Shown here in pieces: positions 51,959-64,000 of a stretch of 64,000 nt of DNA. The translations under genes and the position numbers were made by a program. How positions within the stretch are numbered: position 1 is the stretch's first letter; each line of letters starts with the position of its first letter. The DNA lies in assembly GCA_036785375.1 (NCBI GenBank), contig JAWMAR010000079.1:2666001-2730000 (forward strand). The letters are read 5' to 3'. This DNA comes from Leucoraja ocellata. Lineage: Eukaryota. The notes below the pieces were generated by a model. It was not told the DNA's origin. It saw only the letters and a list, made by a program, of their open reading frames with translations, and made no database searches.

Positions 51959-53409
51959 CACTTGGAAACATTTGAAATCACACAGACAGGGACAACCAAG
52001 GTGGCAGCATTTATACGCATGACTCACTCCTTGACACCAAACACACACGAGAAGACATGAAAGATACACACCACCAACACACAAATTGACATGTGTGCAT
52101 TCTTCTTCCCCTTCTCTGAAGATAAGGTGGAAAAGCAGTGACAATGCAATGACAAAGATCAGAAACTATTAACTGGAGACTGAAGATTACACAAGATATT
52201 ATACACATGATTAATTGCCAAATTTCATATGGCAGGTTTAAAATGCTTCCGAAATCTAGGACTAGGATACAATTAACATGGCTTGGGACTAATCACAAGA
52301 AATAATTTAGCCCGAGATGAAATAGGTGTAACTAGAAAAAAAGTCTTCAGGAAGGAAGCCAAAGGGATTAGTATGTTTAAGCAAAGAAATGACAAATAGC
52401 AAAGAACCTGAATAAAGAACCCACTTTTTGAAAAGAATCAAGGCAAAGCAAACATATTTTGAAGAAGGCTATTAGCACCTTACAATTAAGGGTAAAATAC
52501 AATATAAACCAGTGTCCTAAGCTTAGAAATCCTACTTTTCAATATAGCATATAAATTATTGTGAATGAATACAGTGCTTCTTTTTTTATTATTTGAATAG
52601 AAAATCTAATACAATGAGTGATTGTACAAATATTTCAAAGTTTCCCCAATAAGGACAACTAATATTAAATTCAGTAAATGAAATCCAATTGCAAGAAATA
52701 AGAAAAAAGTTATGAGAAACAGTTATAATGATTTGAATTGCATTTTTGTCACAGCAAATAACACTGTCAAATACATTCTTTAACTTGTCACCTCTGTAAT
52801 AACACAAATACCTTAGTGAATATTGATGAAGTCGCGTACAATTTAAATCAACCGCTGCACTAGCTACAGTATTATACCCACTGGCAACATCCACACTTGT
52901 AGAGTGACATGTTTTAGTCCAAAATGCTTTATCAATTGCCCTCACATGTTTTAAAAAAAGTGTTGATGCTATAAACAAAAGAGTTCATTACTGTACCGAG
53001 ATTGAAGAACATTGCACATATGGCAGTCATTGGCAACCATAGCGCCACTAGATCAGTATTCCACCAGAATTAATCAGTACATTTTACCCGCAGCGGTTAA
53101 GAAGCAAAAAGCCATTTCCCACCCTTTTGAAGTTTTAAACTTTGGATCTTTTATACTGGTGTACAAATAGAGCATAATAAATAAACCAAATTCCATACTA
53201 ATACACGTTCCAACGTGATTTGTGTTACAGTGTCTGGATCATCCAAAGCTATTTTTATCAATGTCCATATATCAAGTGTTGAAAGTTTATTCACGCCACT
53301 GACAAATCAGTTTGAATCTGAATAACACTCCTGCTGCAGTTGAATAAATGATTTGATATGAATTACTTTGAAAAGTTTCTGATAAAGTCAATCAAAGGTC
53401 AATCTGTAG

Positions 53410-54678
53410 GTCTCCTTGATCTCACTGTCTCCATCACTGGAGACAAATTATCAACTGACATCTACTATAAACCCACTAACTCCCACAGCTATCTCGACTA
53501 CTCTTCCCACCCTGCTTCCTGTAAATACTCTATCCCCTACTCCTAATTCCACCGTCTACGCCGCATCTGTGCCCAAGATGAGGTGTTCCATACCAGGTCA
53601 TCGGAGATGTTCTCATTTATTAGGGAACATGGGCTCCCCTCTTCCAGTATAGACGAGGCCTAGGGTCTCCTCGATTTCCCACGGTTCCGCTCTAGCTCCC
53701 CTCCCCCCCCCCATTCATAACAGGTCCCCCTTGTCCTCACCTTCTACCCCATCAGCCGTTGCAAACAGCACATAATCCTACAACATTTTCGCCACCTCCA
53801 ACGGGATCCCACCACTAGCCACATCTTCCCATCTCCAGCCCTTTCCGCTTTCCTCAGAGACCGTTCCCTCCACAACTTCCTGGTCAACTTGTTCCTTCCC
53901 ACCCAAACCACACATCCCCAGGTACTTTCCCCTGCAACCACAGGGGATAAAACACCTATCCCTATATCTCCCCTCTCAACTCCGTTCGAGGACCCAGACA
54001 GTCTTTTCGGGCGAAGCAGAAGTTCACTTGCACCTCCTCCAACCTCATCTATTGTATCTGCTGATCCAGGTGTTTATTCCTGTATATCGGTGAGATCAAG
54101 TGCAGGCTCATCGATCGTTTCGCTGAACACCTCCGCTCAGTCCGCCTAAACCTACCTGATCCCCCAGTCACTAAACATTTTACTCCCCCTCCCATTCCCA
54201 CACTGACCTTTCTTGTCCTGGACCTCCTACATAGTCAGAGTGAGGCCCAGCACACATTGGAGGAACAGCACCTCATATTTTGCTTGGGCAGCTTACACAC
54301 CAGCAGTATGACCAATGACTTCTCTAACTTCAAGTAATCCTTGCTTTCCCTTTCTCCATCCCCTCCCTCTTCCCAGTTCTCCAACCAGTCATACTGTCTC
54401 CGACTACGTTTTATCTGTTTGCTTTGTTGTTACCTTCTCCCAACTAATAATAGTATTTTCTACATTTTCCTTGATCTCCAATCCTTTTGACCCGTTTTCA
54501 CACCTTACATTTCCTGATCTATCCACTTCCTTATCTATGTAACTCCCACTCCCCTAACATCAGTATGAAGAAGGGTCTCAACCTGAAACATCACCCATTC
54601 TGCTTGTCCCGCTGAGATACTCCAGCATTTTGTGTCTATCTTTGATTTAAATCACCATCTGCAGTTCCTTCCTACACT
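53410..54678 (+). mobile_element. Penelope-like element 3' portion (RT end, GIY-YIG, terminal unit)
   Basis: LDLTVSITGDKLSTDIYYKPTNSHSYLDY...SIPYS, then FTCTSSNLIYCICC...YIGE, then terminal unit at about 54562. Confidence 0.9.
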
Positions 54679-56219
54679 ATAGATTTAAGAGTCAGCAATG
54701 AGTAAACAGATTGAGGATAATTGCTAAAAACAAAGTGATTATGACTTTATTTTTAAGCAAAAGGAATATTGTAATTTGGATTCCTTCCCACCCATCAGAA
54801 AATGGCCTAAAATCCTTTTTTTTTAATGAAAAAATAGAACATTTAAAGGGCCATTGGAAGGTACTGAGAAATGAAGCTGGATGATTGACTTTAATTGTTA
54901 GAAAAAATAAATATCAAATGTTTAAAATTCTAAGAGTTCAGCAGATTAGTATAAACATTAACATAAAAATTGTTCTATTGGGATAAGTATTTTATATACC
55001 ATTTAAATCAGACCAGGACTGGCATCCTGGCAAAAACAACAATCTGGGTTTTAAAATAACAACAATGTGTGCATGCATAAATGAGAAGACCAAGTACTTT
55101 TGCAAATTATATGAAGCTAGCTGGGAATAAACTGAAGAGGATACAATGAATTTGCAAAGAAACACAGATTAAGTAGATGGGCATGGTTGGCACTGATGTA
55201 GGGAAATGTGAGATCAGGAAGAACTGAAAAACAGCAAGAAACTAATAAACATTGGTGTACCGAGTACATGTTGATGAGATGCTGCAGGTAAATGTTGAAC
55301 TACAGCAAGCAATTAAGAAAGCAAATGGTGCATTGGGTTTTATTGCAAAAGGGCTCGAGTACAAAAGTACGAAGTCATGCTGAGACTATGTTCTTTGGTG
55401 AAATCTTTTTTGCAGTATCAAAAGGATACACTTGCTCAGTGGCACTGAACCTTGGTCACAAAATTGGTTGCTGCTTTGATTCATGAGATTGGTTCCTGAG
55501 GTGGTGGGGCTGTCCTACGGGGACATCAAGATTAAGATTGGGTCTCTCGTCACTGGCATTTGGAAGAGGTAATCTCATTGAGATATACATGATTCGGACA
55601 AGGGCCAACAAGAACAGTTATTCCCTTGTACTGTAATACATTGTAAAGCTTTGACTGTAATCATGCTTACTGCTGACTGGATAGCAGGCAACAAAAGTTT
55701 TTCACTGTACCTTGTACATGTGACAATAAACTAAACAAACTGAAATGGAGATGCAGAGATATGTTCTCGAAATGGATGGTCAGGAACCAGGTGCTGGGGT
55801 TTCAGCACTTTTGGACTGATGGGCGAAATTTACTTGTAGACAGAGTGATAAACATTTAGGATTCTCTACGTTGACATGGTATGAATACTCAACTGCTGAG
55901 TATATAGGAAATCAAGAATTTTAGGCAACAAATATACATAATCATAGAATTTTACAGCATGGAAGATGAAAGATGAGATGAAAAGACAAAAGGTGTGACA
56001 GGATGGAAGAATGCAAATTCTGCAGTCAGAAGACTTGCGCTCCCTGCACCCATTTTAACTCCCCTTCCCTAACTGAGCTTTCCGTCCTGGGCTTCCTCCA
56101 CTGCCAGGGTAAGGCCACACACAAACTGCACAGGTACAACATCTCATATTCCGCTTATGTCTCTTACAACCTAATAGTATGAACATGGAATTTTCCAATT
56201 TTAGGTAACCACCCACAAT

Positions 56220-57370
56220 TGGTTTGACATACCAAAGTGCAACACCTCATACTTGTCAGAGTTTGATTTTATTTTCCATTTCTCGGCTGAACTTCCCAAC
56301 TAATCTAGACACTGTTGTAAACTTGGAAATCCTTTCTCACTGTCTATTATGCCACCAATTTTGGCGTCATCGGTACATTTACTACCAATGTTAACTATGT
56401 TGTCATCCAAATTTTTAATGCATATAACAAACAGCAGTGGCCTCGGCACAAACCCCTGAAGCACACTAGTCGCAGGCCTCCAATCAGAAAAACAACCCTC
56501 CAGAAGGCCCTCTAACTCCTTCCTCCAAGCTAATTTTGAATCCAATTGTCTAGTTCACCTTGCATTCAATGCATTCTGACCTTCCTAACTAGCCTACCAT
56601 GCCAGACCTGTTAAAGGCCTTGCTAAGTCCATATTGGTACTGCTTCAGATTCAGATTCAGATTCAATTTTAATTGTCATTGTCAGTGTACAGTACAGAGA
56701 CAACGAAATGCATTTAGCATCTCCCTTGAAGAGCGACATAGCAAACGATTTGAATAAAAAAAAAATAATAAGTGTCCGGGGGGGGGGGGGTGATTGGCAG
56801 TCACCGAGGTACGTTGTTTAGTAGAGTGACAGCGGCCGGAAAGAAGCTGTTCCTCGACCTGCTGGTTCGGCAACGGAGAGACCTGTAGCGCCTCCCGGAT
56901 GGTAGGAGGGTAAACAGTCCATGGTTGGGGTGAGAGCAGTCCTTGGCGATGCTGAGCGCCCTCCGCATGCTGAGCGCCCTCCGCATGCTGAGCGCCCTCT
57001 CTTGGTAACCGTTTCAAAAAAATCTATCATATTTGCGAGACATGATTTTCCATGTACAAACCCATGCCGAATATTTCTCATCACTCCATGCTTATCCAAA
57101 TCCTGGCAGCTCCCATCTCTAAAACTTCCTCCCATAACCTTGCCTGTCAGCTCTATTTCACGTCCTTTTAGCCCTCCTGATTGCCTTCTTAAGTGTATTC
57201 CTGCACACTCATAGACAGATTCACTTGATCCTGTCTCTCTAAATCTGATGTATGTCTCCTTCTTTTCTCTGACCAGTCTCAATATCTCTCATTAACCAGG
57301 GTTTCCTAAATTCACCCTAACAGGAACACATTGCCCCTGCACTCTTATTAATTTGCAAGCTTCCTACTCA
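56220..57370 (-). mobile_element. CR1 RT fragment with nested Rex1/Babar-like end (56646-57000)
   Basis: RHGFVHGKSCLANMIDFFE and KCTDDAKIGG. The nested piece HPNHGLFTLLPSGRRYRSLRCRTSRSRNSFFP has a (TGAATC)n tail. Confidence 0.85.
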
Positions 57371-57879
57371 CCATCAGTTATTTAGAAATAAGCCCTTAAA
57401 ATGTATAATATTAAAGTCACTCAGAGAAAATAAGTCTTTTTTTAATTTACTTTATACCCAGTCACACATAAACTACAGGAAAAAGTATCCATCCATCATA
57501 CCTTCTTTTTCCAGGACGCCTGCTTTAGATACCTTCACCCTGGTCCACACACTGGTAAATGGGGGGGGGGGAGATAAAATTAATGTTTCCTCTGCCCCAT
57601 GAGGTGTTAAAATAAATTATTATTACATTTAATAAAAACCATTTCAAGATCCCATGCAAACTCTTAAGTAAGGACATCCATCCTTCACGATGGTTGCCAA
57701 CTTTGGTCAGATGTCTGAAGTTTTCTGCCATCACTTAGTGAACAATTTATGAACTCCACTTACGAGAAGTTTCAAATATGTTTATGTATCAACCTTGGGA
57801 TTGACTTCCTAGTAAATGAAACAGACAGTGTCCATCATAATACCTGAATCCTCCTGCAGAGTTGGCAACCTCTACCTTC

Positions 57880-58226
57880 AGTCAGAACAACAAAGATGGC
57901 CGCCGAGCTGGAGGCCGTGTTTCCTATTACGTATCCGAGTGATCTCCGCTTGCCCTCATTTTTGGTTCCGGTGTGGTTATAGACTGACATTCCCTTTTAT
58001 TTACAAGCTGGAGGGACGGTATCGGTGGGAATAAGAGCGGCAGAAGCCCAAATTAAACCGGCCGCAGCTGATCAGAATCAGACATTGCGTTGTTGAAAGT
58101 GCTGACGACAGCCGCGGGACGGGACGGGACAGCGGCGCGAGAGGGAGAGGAGGCAGCGCGAGGGCCCGGCCGTTGGGCGCTGAGGGCCCGGCCGTTGGTC
58201 GCGGAGGATGAGGCCGCGCGCCAGCG
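57880..58226 (+). promoter_or_regulatory. MAP2K5 CpG-island promoter and 5' UTR
   Basis: CpG-rich stretch directly before the MAP2K5 ATG. YY1-like AAGATGGCCGCC at 57893-57904 and ETS-like TTCCGG near 57966. Confidence 0.7.
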
Positions 58227-58352
58227 ATGCTCGTGCCCCGTGAGATGGAGCCCAAGACGCAGCTGCAGCTCGTCATCCGCATCAAGGTGGCGAGCGGAGA
58301 CCTGGACTGGAGCATCCCGCCCGGCTCCCAGCTCCTCTTCAGAGACGTGCTG
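58227..58352 (+). CDS. MAP2K5: MAP kinase kinase 5 (MEK5), first coding exon, start of PB1 domain
   Basis: MLVPREMEPKTQLQLVIRIKVASGDLDWSIPPGSQLLFRDVL resembles human ...VLVIRIKIPNSGAVDWTVHSGPQLLFRDVL. Donor CTG|GTaggt, phase 0. Expected synteny with IQCH and C15orf61. Confidence 0.92.
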
Positions 58353-58984
58353 GTAGGTGGGGGGAGGAGAAGGAGTGACCACCGGCTCCTGCTGGGGTGG
58401 GGGAGAGTGGTGGACCATTGGCCCCTACTGGGAAGTGGAGGACCATTGGTCTCTGATGGTGGGTGCTGGACTGCTGACCCATGATTGTGGGTGGAGGACC
58501 ACTGGTCCCTGACAGGGGGTGCGGTGAACTGCTGGTCTCTCTGATGGGGAGTGGAGGACACTGCCCCCTGATGCGGGGAGCGTTGTACCTTCTGGCTCCT
58601 GCTGTCCCCTGTTGGGCAGCGTTGAACGTCTCGCCCATGATTCTGAGCTTCTGACCCCCTGTTGAGGAATGGTTAACTGTTGATCACTGTTGATCCCTGT
58701 TGGGGGAGTGGGGGACCGCTGGCCCTTGTTGGGGAGCGGTGAACTGTTGGCCCCTGATGGTGGGGGGAGGAGTGAACTGCTGGTCCTTGATGGGGAGTGG
58801 AGGATCACTGGCCCTTGGTGGGAGGAGCAGTGAACTGCTGACCCCTGATGGTGGGTAGTGAATTGCGGGCCCTTGATGATGGGAGCTGCTGTTGGCTCCT
58901 ACTGGGGGGGAGTGATGGACCGCTTTTCCTTGATGGGGAGTGGAGGACTGCTGACGCTTGATGCTGTGCGATGGACCACTGGCC

Positions 58985-59679
58985 CTTTTTATTAATATAT
59001 CAAAAATAATTGATACAAAATAATATTTACAAACCAAGGCCGTTGTAACACACCCACCACCATAATACCAAATCACCAGTTTATCTAAGACACTAAATTT
59101 TCAAATACTATAATACAATTCTTATTGAGGATTCATTCCTCCCCCACCCCACGGCACCCAACAGTCCCGGAAATCCCCCAGGGTGCCCGTGGTCAGCGCT
59201 TAGTCCCTCTCTATTACCATCCAGGCACGGACGTAACCCCGGAAAAGGGCAGGCAGCCGGCTCGGGCGGAACCCTCTTCCGCATGGCACCATGACTCGTG
59301 GATGACCAGCTTGGCCAGGTCTAGGAGCAACCCAACCTGAAGAAGGGTTTCGGCCCGAAACGTTGCCTATCTCCTTCGCTCCATAGATGCTGCTGCACCC
59401 GCTGAGTTTCTCCAGCATTTTTGTGTACCAACCAAGACATCTTCAGCTCTCCCCTATGCACAGGGTGTCCAAAGATGAGGATGGTTGGTGTGAAGTGCAG
59501 CCAGAAGGCCAGGAGCAACCCCTTTAGATGTTGGAACAGGGGCTGCAACCTCACACACTCCATGTAGACGTGGAACACAGACTCGTCCAGCCTGCAAAGG
59601 TTGAGGGCTGCTAGCGAGTCTGTGAACCGGGAGAGAAACAGGTTGCATGGGACTCCTCGGTGTCGCACCCTCCACCCCA
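58985..59679 (-). mobile_element. Tx1/L1-clade LINE 3' end
   Basis: Reverse peptide CNLFL...DESVFHVYMECVRLQPLFQHLKGLLLAFWLHFTPTILIFG (zinc-knuckle region), with T-run tail at 58985. Confidence 0.75.
59337..59428 (+). mobile_element. Solo Penelope-type terminal unit with intact hammerhead-like core
   Basis: CTGAAGA-A-GGGT-TTCG-GCCC-GAAAC-GTT. CCAACC on both sides. Confidence 0.85.
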
Positions 59680-60739
59680 GGGAGCGGAGGACCATTGGCC
59701 CCTGATGTGGAGTGGAGGACCGCTGCACTTTGATGGGGAATGGAGGACTGCTGGTCTATGATTTATTATTAATATGCTCTTATTTCTATATTGAGATTTA
59801 TTTCCATTCCTCCCCATGGGTACAGCAGCTTTTTGCTCTGCCTATGCTGGAAGATTTTTTTAATTTACCAATATATTGATCATAAATCTTAAACATTAAC
59901 ACTATCATTTTATCCACTAGCCTGACCTCTTGAGTAATAATAACAGCTGACTTTATTATGCTTTTTATCAAAATTATTTTGATTTCCGTTTTACAGTATG
60001 TAATATTTCAAATGTCTCATGAATTGGGCCATTCAGCCAATTCAGTCAATGCTAAATTTCAAAGCAATCCCACCAATTTCATTCCTACATTTATTTCCCA
60101 CTAACCCTTTTGTATCTCACATGCCTACCAACACCTGATCCTCCTAGATATCACCTGGACAAGGGACAATTTACAACAACTAATTTGTCTACAAACCAGC
60201 ATATCTTTGTCATGTGAGAAGATGTTGGGGCATCTGGGGGACACTCAAGCAGATACTGTGAGCATGCAAATTTCACACCGACAGTACTCAATCTCTCGAT
60301 TGAAACGGGACCCTCATGTTGTGATACAACAGTACATGCAGTTTAACTCGTGCGATTAAAAAATCAAATTTGGACAATACCAATAAAAAATAATTTCCTT
60401 TTTTGGGTTCAAAACTAATTTGTTTTTCTAAATGCATAAATCCAGAAATAATGTATTACCACAAGAAACCAATTCTCAGAATAGCTATTAAAATATGAAT
60501 ATTTTATTTAAAATAAAATGCTCTGAAAGTATTGGCTCTTTAAATAGTTTCAAGAATAATATTGGCTCCAGCACAGCTGCTTTTATTAAAAATCTCAGGT
60601 GAAAATCTCATTCAGGTTTGGTAGCACTTCCTGGCGAGATAAATCCTTTTACTGATGTGGGGTTAAAACCTGATAGCAAAAGCTCAATGAGACTAATTTA
60701 TGATTGCCTTGGATCTAGTCGTACATCAGAATAGCTGAC

Positions 60740-61820
60740 TGTTCCAAAAGTACACTGGCACCATCTTTCTCCACTACATCGATGACAGCATCGTGGCTGA
60801 CTCCTGCACCCGTGCAGGATTAGTTTAATTTAGAGTTACAGTGCGGAAACGGGCCCTTCGGCCCACCGAGACCACACTGACCACCAATCTCCGCACATTA
60901 ACACTACCCTACACACACTGGGGACAATTTTACATTTATACTAAGCCAATTAACTAACAAAGCTGTATGTCTTTGGAGTGTGGGAGGAAACCAAAGATTT
61001 TGGTGAAAACCCACGCAGGTCACGGGGAGAACGCACAATCACCGTACAGACAAGTACACATAGTCAGGATCGAACCCAAGTGTCTGTCGCTGCTCAGCAG
61101 TAGCTCAACTGCTATGCCATTGCGCTGCGACCTTCCACCTTGCCCTCAAATTCGCTTAGGCTATCCCTGGCACCTCACCCTTTTCTTGATTTCTCTGTCA
61201 GACAGACAGGGGACAGGCTATTGACTGACCTACTACAATCCCACTAATTCCTACAGTTATATGTGCTATATCTCCTCCCAGTTATGTTCTCATTTTTGCA
61301 CACCACCCTACCCCTCCTCGTATTCATCCAGGAACCCCATCAGTCCTTCTAAACATGCACTAACCTCATCTACACTAACATCCTCTAACCTCATCTACTG
61401 CACCCAGTGTTCCCAAAGTGGCCTTTATATCAGCAAAGTCAAGTGTAGACTTGGCGACTGAACACTTGCACTTGGTCCGCAAAGGTCTACTGGACCTCCC
61501 GGTTGCTAACCATTTTAACACTCCTTCCCATTCCCATATTAATCTTTCTGTTCTGGGCCTTGTCCATTGCCAGAGTGAGGCCACATGCAAACTGGAGAAA
61601 CAGCACCTCGTATTCTGCTTGTGTAGCTTACAACCCAATTGTATGAAAATTTAATTCACCAATTTTAACTACCCTAAAGACCTTCCTCCTTTACCTCACC
61701 CACTTTCCTTCCTTGTGCCCCATCTGGACCAGCACCCATTTCTGCTCTCCCACTCACCACTACAATTTTCTGAAGAAGGGTCCCTTCCTGAAATGTCACC
61801 TATCCATGTTCTCCATAGAT
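60740..61820 (+). mobile_element. Penelope-like element remnant with nested SINE (60820-61128, minus strand)
   Basis: FLHYIDDSI RT motif, TSSNLIYCTQCSQSGLYISK GIY-YIG, terminal unit at 61770. Confidence 0.82.
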
Positions 61821-62360
61821 AAACATAAAATGCTGGAGTTACTCAGCAGGAGACAGGCAGCATCTTTGGAGAGAATGAATGGGTGACGTTTCGGGTCGAG
61901 AGCCTTCTTCAGACTAGTCAGGAAATTGTGACATCAGCTAAGTCTAGACTGACTCATTGAAAGTGTTCAACGAAACGATCGCCTAGTCTACGTTTTGTCC
62001 CGCCGATGTATAAGAGTCCACATCTTGAACAACGGATACAGTAGATGAGGTTGGAGGAGATGTAAGTGAGCCTCTGCATAACCTGAAAGGACTGTTGGGG
62101 TCCCTGGACAGAGTCGAGAGGAGGTATAGGGACAGGTGTTGCACCTCGCGGTCGGGGAGGGGATGGTTTGGGTGGGAAGGGTTGAGTTAAGTAGGGAGTT
62201 GTGGAGGGAAGGTCTCTGCGGAAGGCTAAAAGGGTGGAGATGAGAAGGTGTGACCCGTTGGAGATGGCGAAAATGTCGGATTATGTGTTGTATGCGATGG
62301 CTGATGGGGTGAAAGGTAAGGACGCAGGGGATTCTGTCCCTGTTACGACTAGGGGGAAGA
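61821..62360 (-). mobile_element. Younger Penelope-like fragment, inverted, inserted in the terminal unit of the previous element
   Basis: Reverse TYISSNLIYCIRCSRCGLLYIGGTKRRLGDRFVEH. Hammerhead core on the minus strand at 61885-61912. The host tail resumes at about 62360. Confidence 0.82.
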
Positions 62361-64000
62361 TGTGACGTGACCAGCTGAGTTACTCCAGCAGTTTGTCTTT
62401 TTTTATTCCAATATACTCATGATTCTACAAATGTCAGAAGCTCCATCAATATATTACAAGCTTTGTAATTGCATCGTCTTGCTCAACTACGCACCTCTTA
62501 ATTAAAGAGTGATGTATCTATCGTTTGCTGATATTTTTGATCATCATTAACATATTGATAATCTTTTATTCTCAAAAGCCCCATCTTTCTTAAGTTATTT
62601 TTGTTTTTATTGATATTTGTGGAAATATTTTGCTCCTTTTGACTTTTTTTGTAAATGTGGCCTATTCTTTCTCACCTGTTTTAATTTCTCGTTTACCAAT
62701 GTTCTTTAATCTTCTGCATTCTAGCTTATATGGTTCAATTTTAATTATGAGGCCTTTTTTATTTATCCTCAGCTTATTAAATAAAATCCTTTTTAATAGA
62801 ATAAAGATCTTGCACTTTATTTATATAGATCTCATTGTATCTCTGTGATAATTTCTATCCTACATCTTTGAGTTTGCTACACATCTTCCTTGAATTCTCC
62901 CTGATCCAATCTCTCTTCCATTTTCTAAGCAAATTTTATTTCTTTCTTAAAATGCATTATAGTTGAGTATGTGACTGCTCCCAATAGACATATGATCAGA
63001 GGGACATGGAGACTGTCCACACCAACATTGGTCATCTGTTCACGCTGATTCTATGTTATTCCACTTTCTCATCCACTCCTTGGGGGCAATTTTGCATGTT
63101 AATTAATCAACAAGCCCACACATTTTGGGGATTTGTGAGGAAACTCACATGGTCGCAGGGAGAACATGCAAACAGCACCTGAAGTCAGGATTAATCTCAG
63201 CTCCCTAGTGCTGTGAGACAGCATCTCTGCCAGCTGTGGCACTGTTAGAAGGAAATTGTTTGCATTGCATTGTAGCTATGGATTGGAATTTATCGCCGTT
63301 GTGGAATGTGGGTTTAAGTTTGTGATTCTTGTGACTCTTCTGCAGTCTCAGGAACAGTTACAGCATTTAAGAGATATTTGGACAAACACATGGGGGGAGT
63401 AGTATAGATAGGCATTATGCCATAGGCTGAAGTTCTTTTAGCCTTCATTACTTCTACATATCCACTATCTTATTTGTGAATAGGCGACTTTTAATTTTGT
63501 TGCGGAGTGACTGAGCTATAATTTTATTATCTCTTTGATAATTCCACAGCTGGAGAAATGGGGTGAATATGAAGGCTTCCTTTTAAAAGGATTCCTTTTA
63601 AGAATTTAAATGTTCCATTTAGAACCTTGAGAATCACACTTAACAAGTATTTATTTGATCAATGTGAACATGCAAGGAAAAATCTTCAATTGGAGTCATT
63701 TGGATTCTTAGGAGACAATGATATTTTTTACACATAATATACATATGCAAAGAATTATCGACAATTAACTGATGGTGGTGTTTCCACACAAGTATTACTT
63801 GTGGATGGATGTCCACCTCATCTATCCCACTTGTGTTTGGTGATAATCCAAACATAAGTTCTTCTAACTGATGGCTCCCTATCAGTTTTCGTACTATTGT
63901 ATCTATAATTTCTTAAGGTAATACTCAATTTATCCTTGCGTCATCTCTAGCTCTGGTTCTTAATGTTCTAATGGAGTGGACATGCCAAGACTGATGAACT

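Larger units (their letters stand above)
58370..59762 (+). repeat. Degenerate G-rich minisatellite (about 28-31-bp unit GATGGGGAGTGGAGGACCACTGGCCCCT), split by a Tx1 fragment
   Basis: About 20 units at 58370-58985 and about 3 more at 59680-59762. Confidence 0.85.

Noticed and set aside
53036-53056. CTCF-like site (atagcgccactagatc)
   Set aside because: Spacing does not fit the CCASYAGRKGGCRS consensus.
29000-57800. Additional protein-coding gene between C15orf61 and MAP2K5
   Set aside because: ORFs here are TE-derived or compositionally random, with no coherent exon chain found. Very short exons could have been missed.
58001-58808. Long minus-strand Pro/Ser-rich ORFs
   Set aside because: By-products of the GC-rich island and minisatellite; antisense to MAP2K5.
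58370-58985. Repeat array as a CRISPR locus
   Set aside because: Units are contiguous and degenerate with no unique spacers, there are no cas genes, and the context is a vertebrate intron.
58353-64000. MAP2K5 exon 2 (expected DVIGQVLPEATTTAFE-like)
   Set aside because: No matching exon seen; acagttacagcatttaa near 63355 is a CR1 tail remnant. The exon probably lies beyond the window.

Overview
Eukaryotic, AT-rich, repeat-dense vertebrate DNA. It is most likely a cartilaginous fish, probably a skate or ray; this is inferred from the HE1-like SINE, CR1 and Penelope repertoire. The + strand carries the conserved vertebrate block IQCH - C15orf61 - MAP2K5. This comprises the last five coding exons of IQCH (4893-18705), a complete C15orf61/DUF4528 gene (CDS 25429-25765 + 27878-28005, 154 aa, probably with a 5' non-coding exon in a CpG island near 24.3-24.55 kb), and the CpG-island promoter and first coding exon of MAP2K5 (58227-58352). 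The rest is introns and intergenic DNA filled with decayed retroelements (CR1, L2, Rex1/Babar, Tx1, RTE, RTE-X-like, Penelope-like, tRNA-derived SINEs) and two PIF/Harbinger-type MITEs. The most notable signal is a minimal hammerhead-ribozyme core (CTGAAGA-A-GGGT-NNNN-RCCC-GAAAC-GTH) at the end of the Penelope-like elements. It also occurs in ORF-less mobile units: about 95-bp solo copies and about 210-245-bp head-to-head palindromic units with 14-bp target-site duplications. Most ORFs in the supplied track are spurious or TE fragments. Gene and family names come from recalled sequence similarity, not from database searches, and repeat boundaries are approximate.
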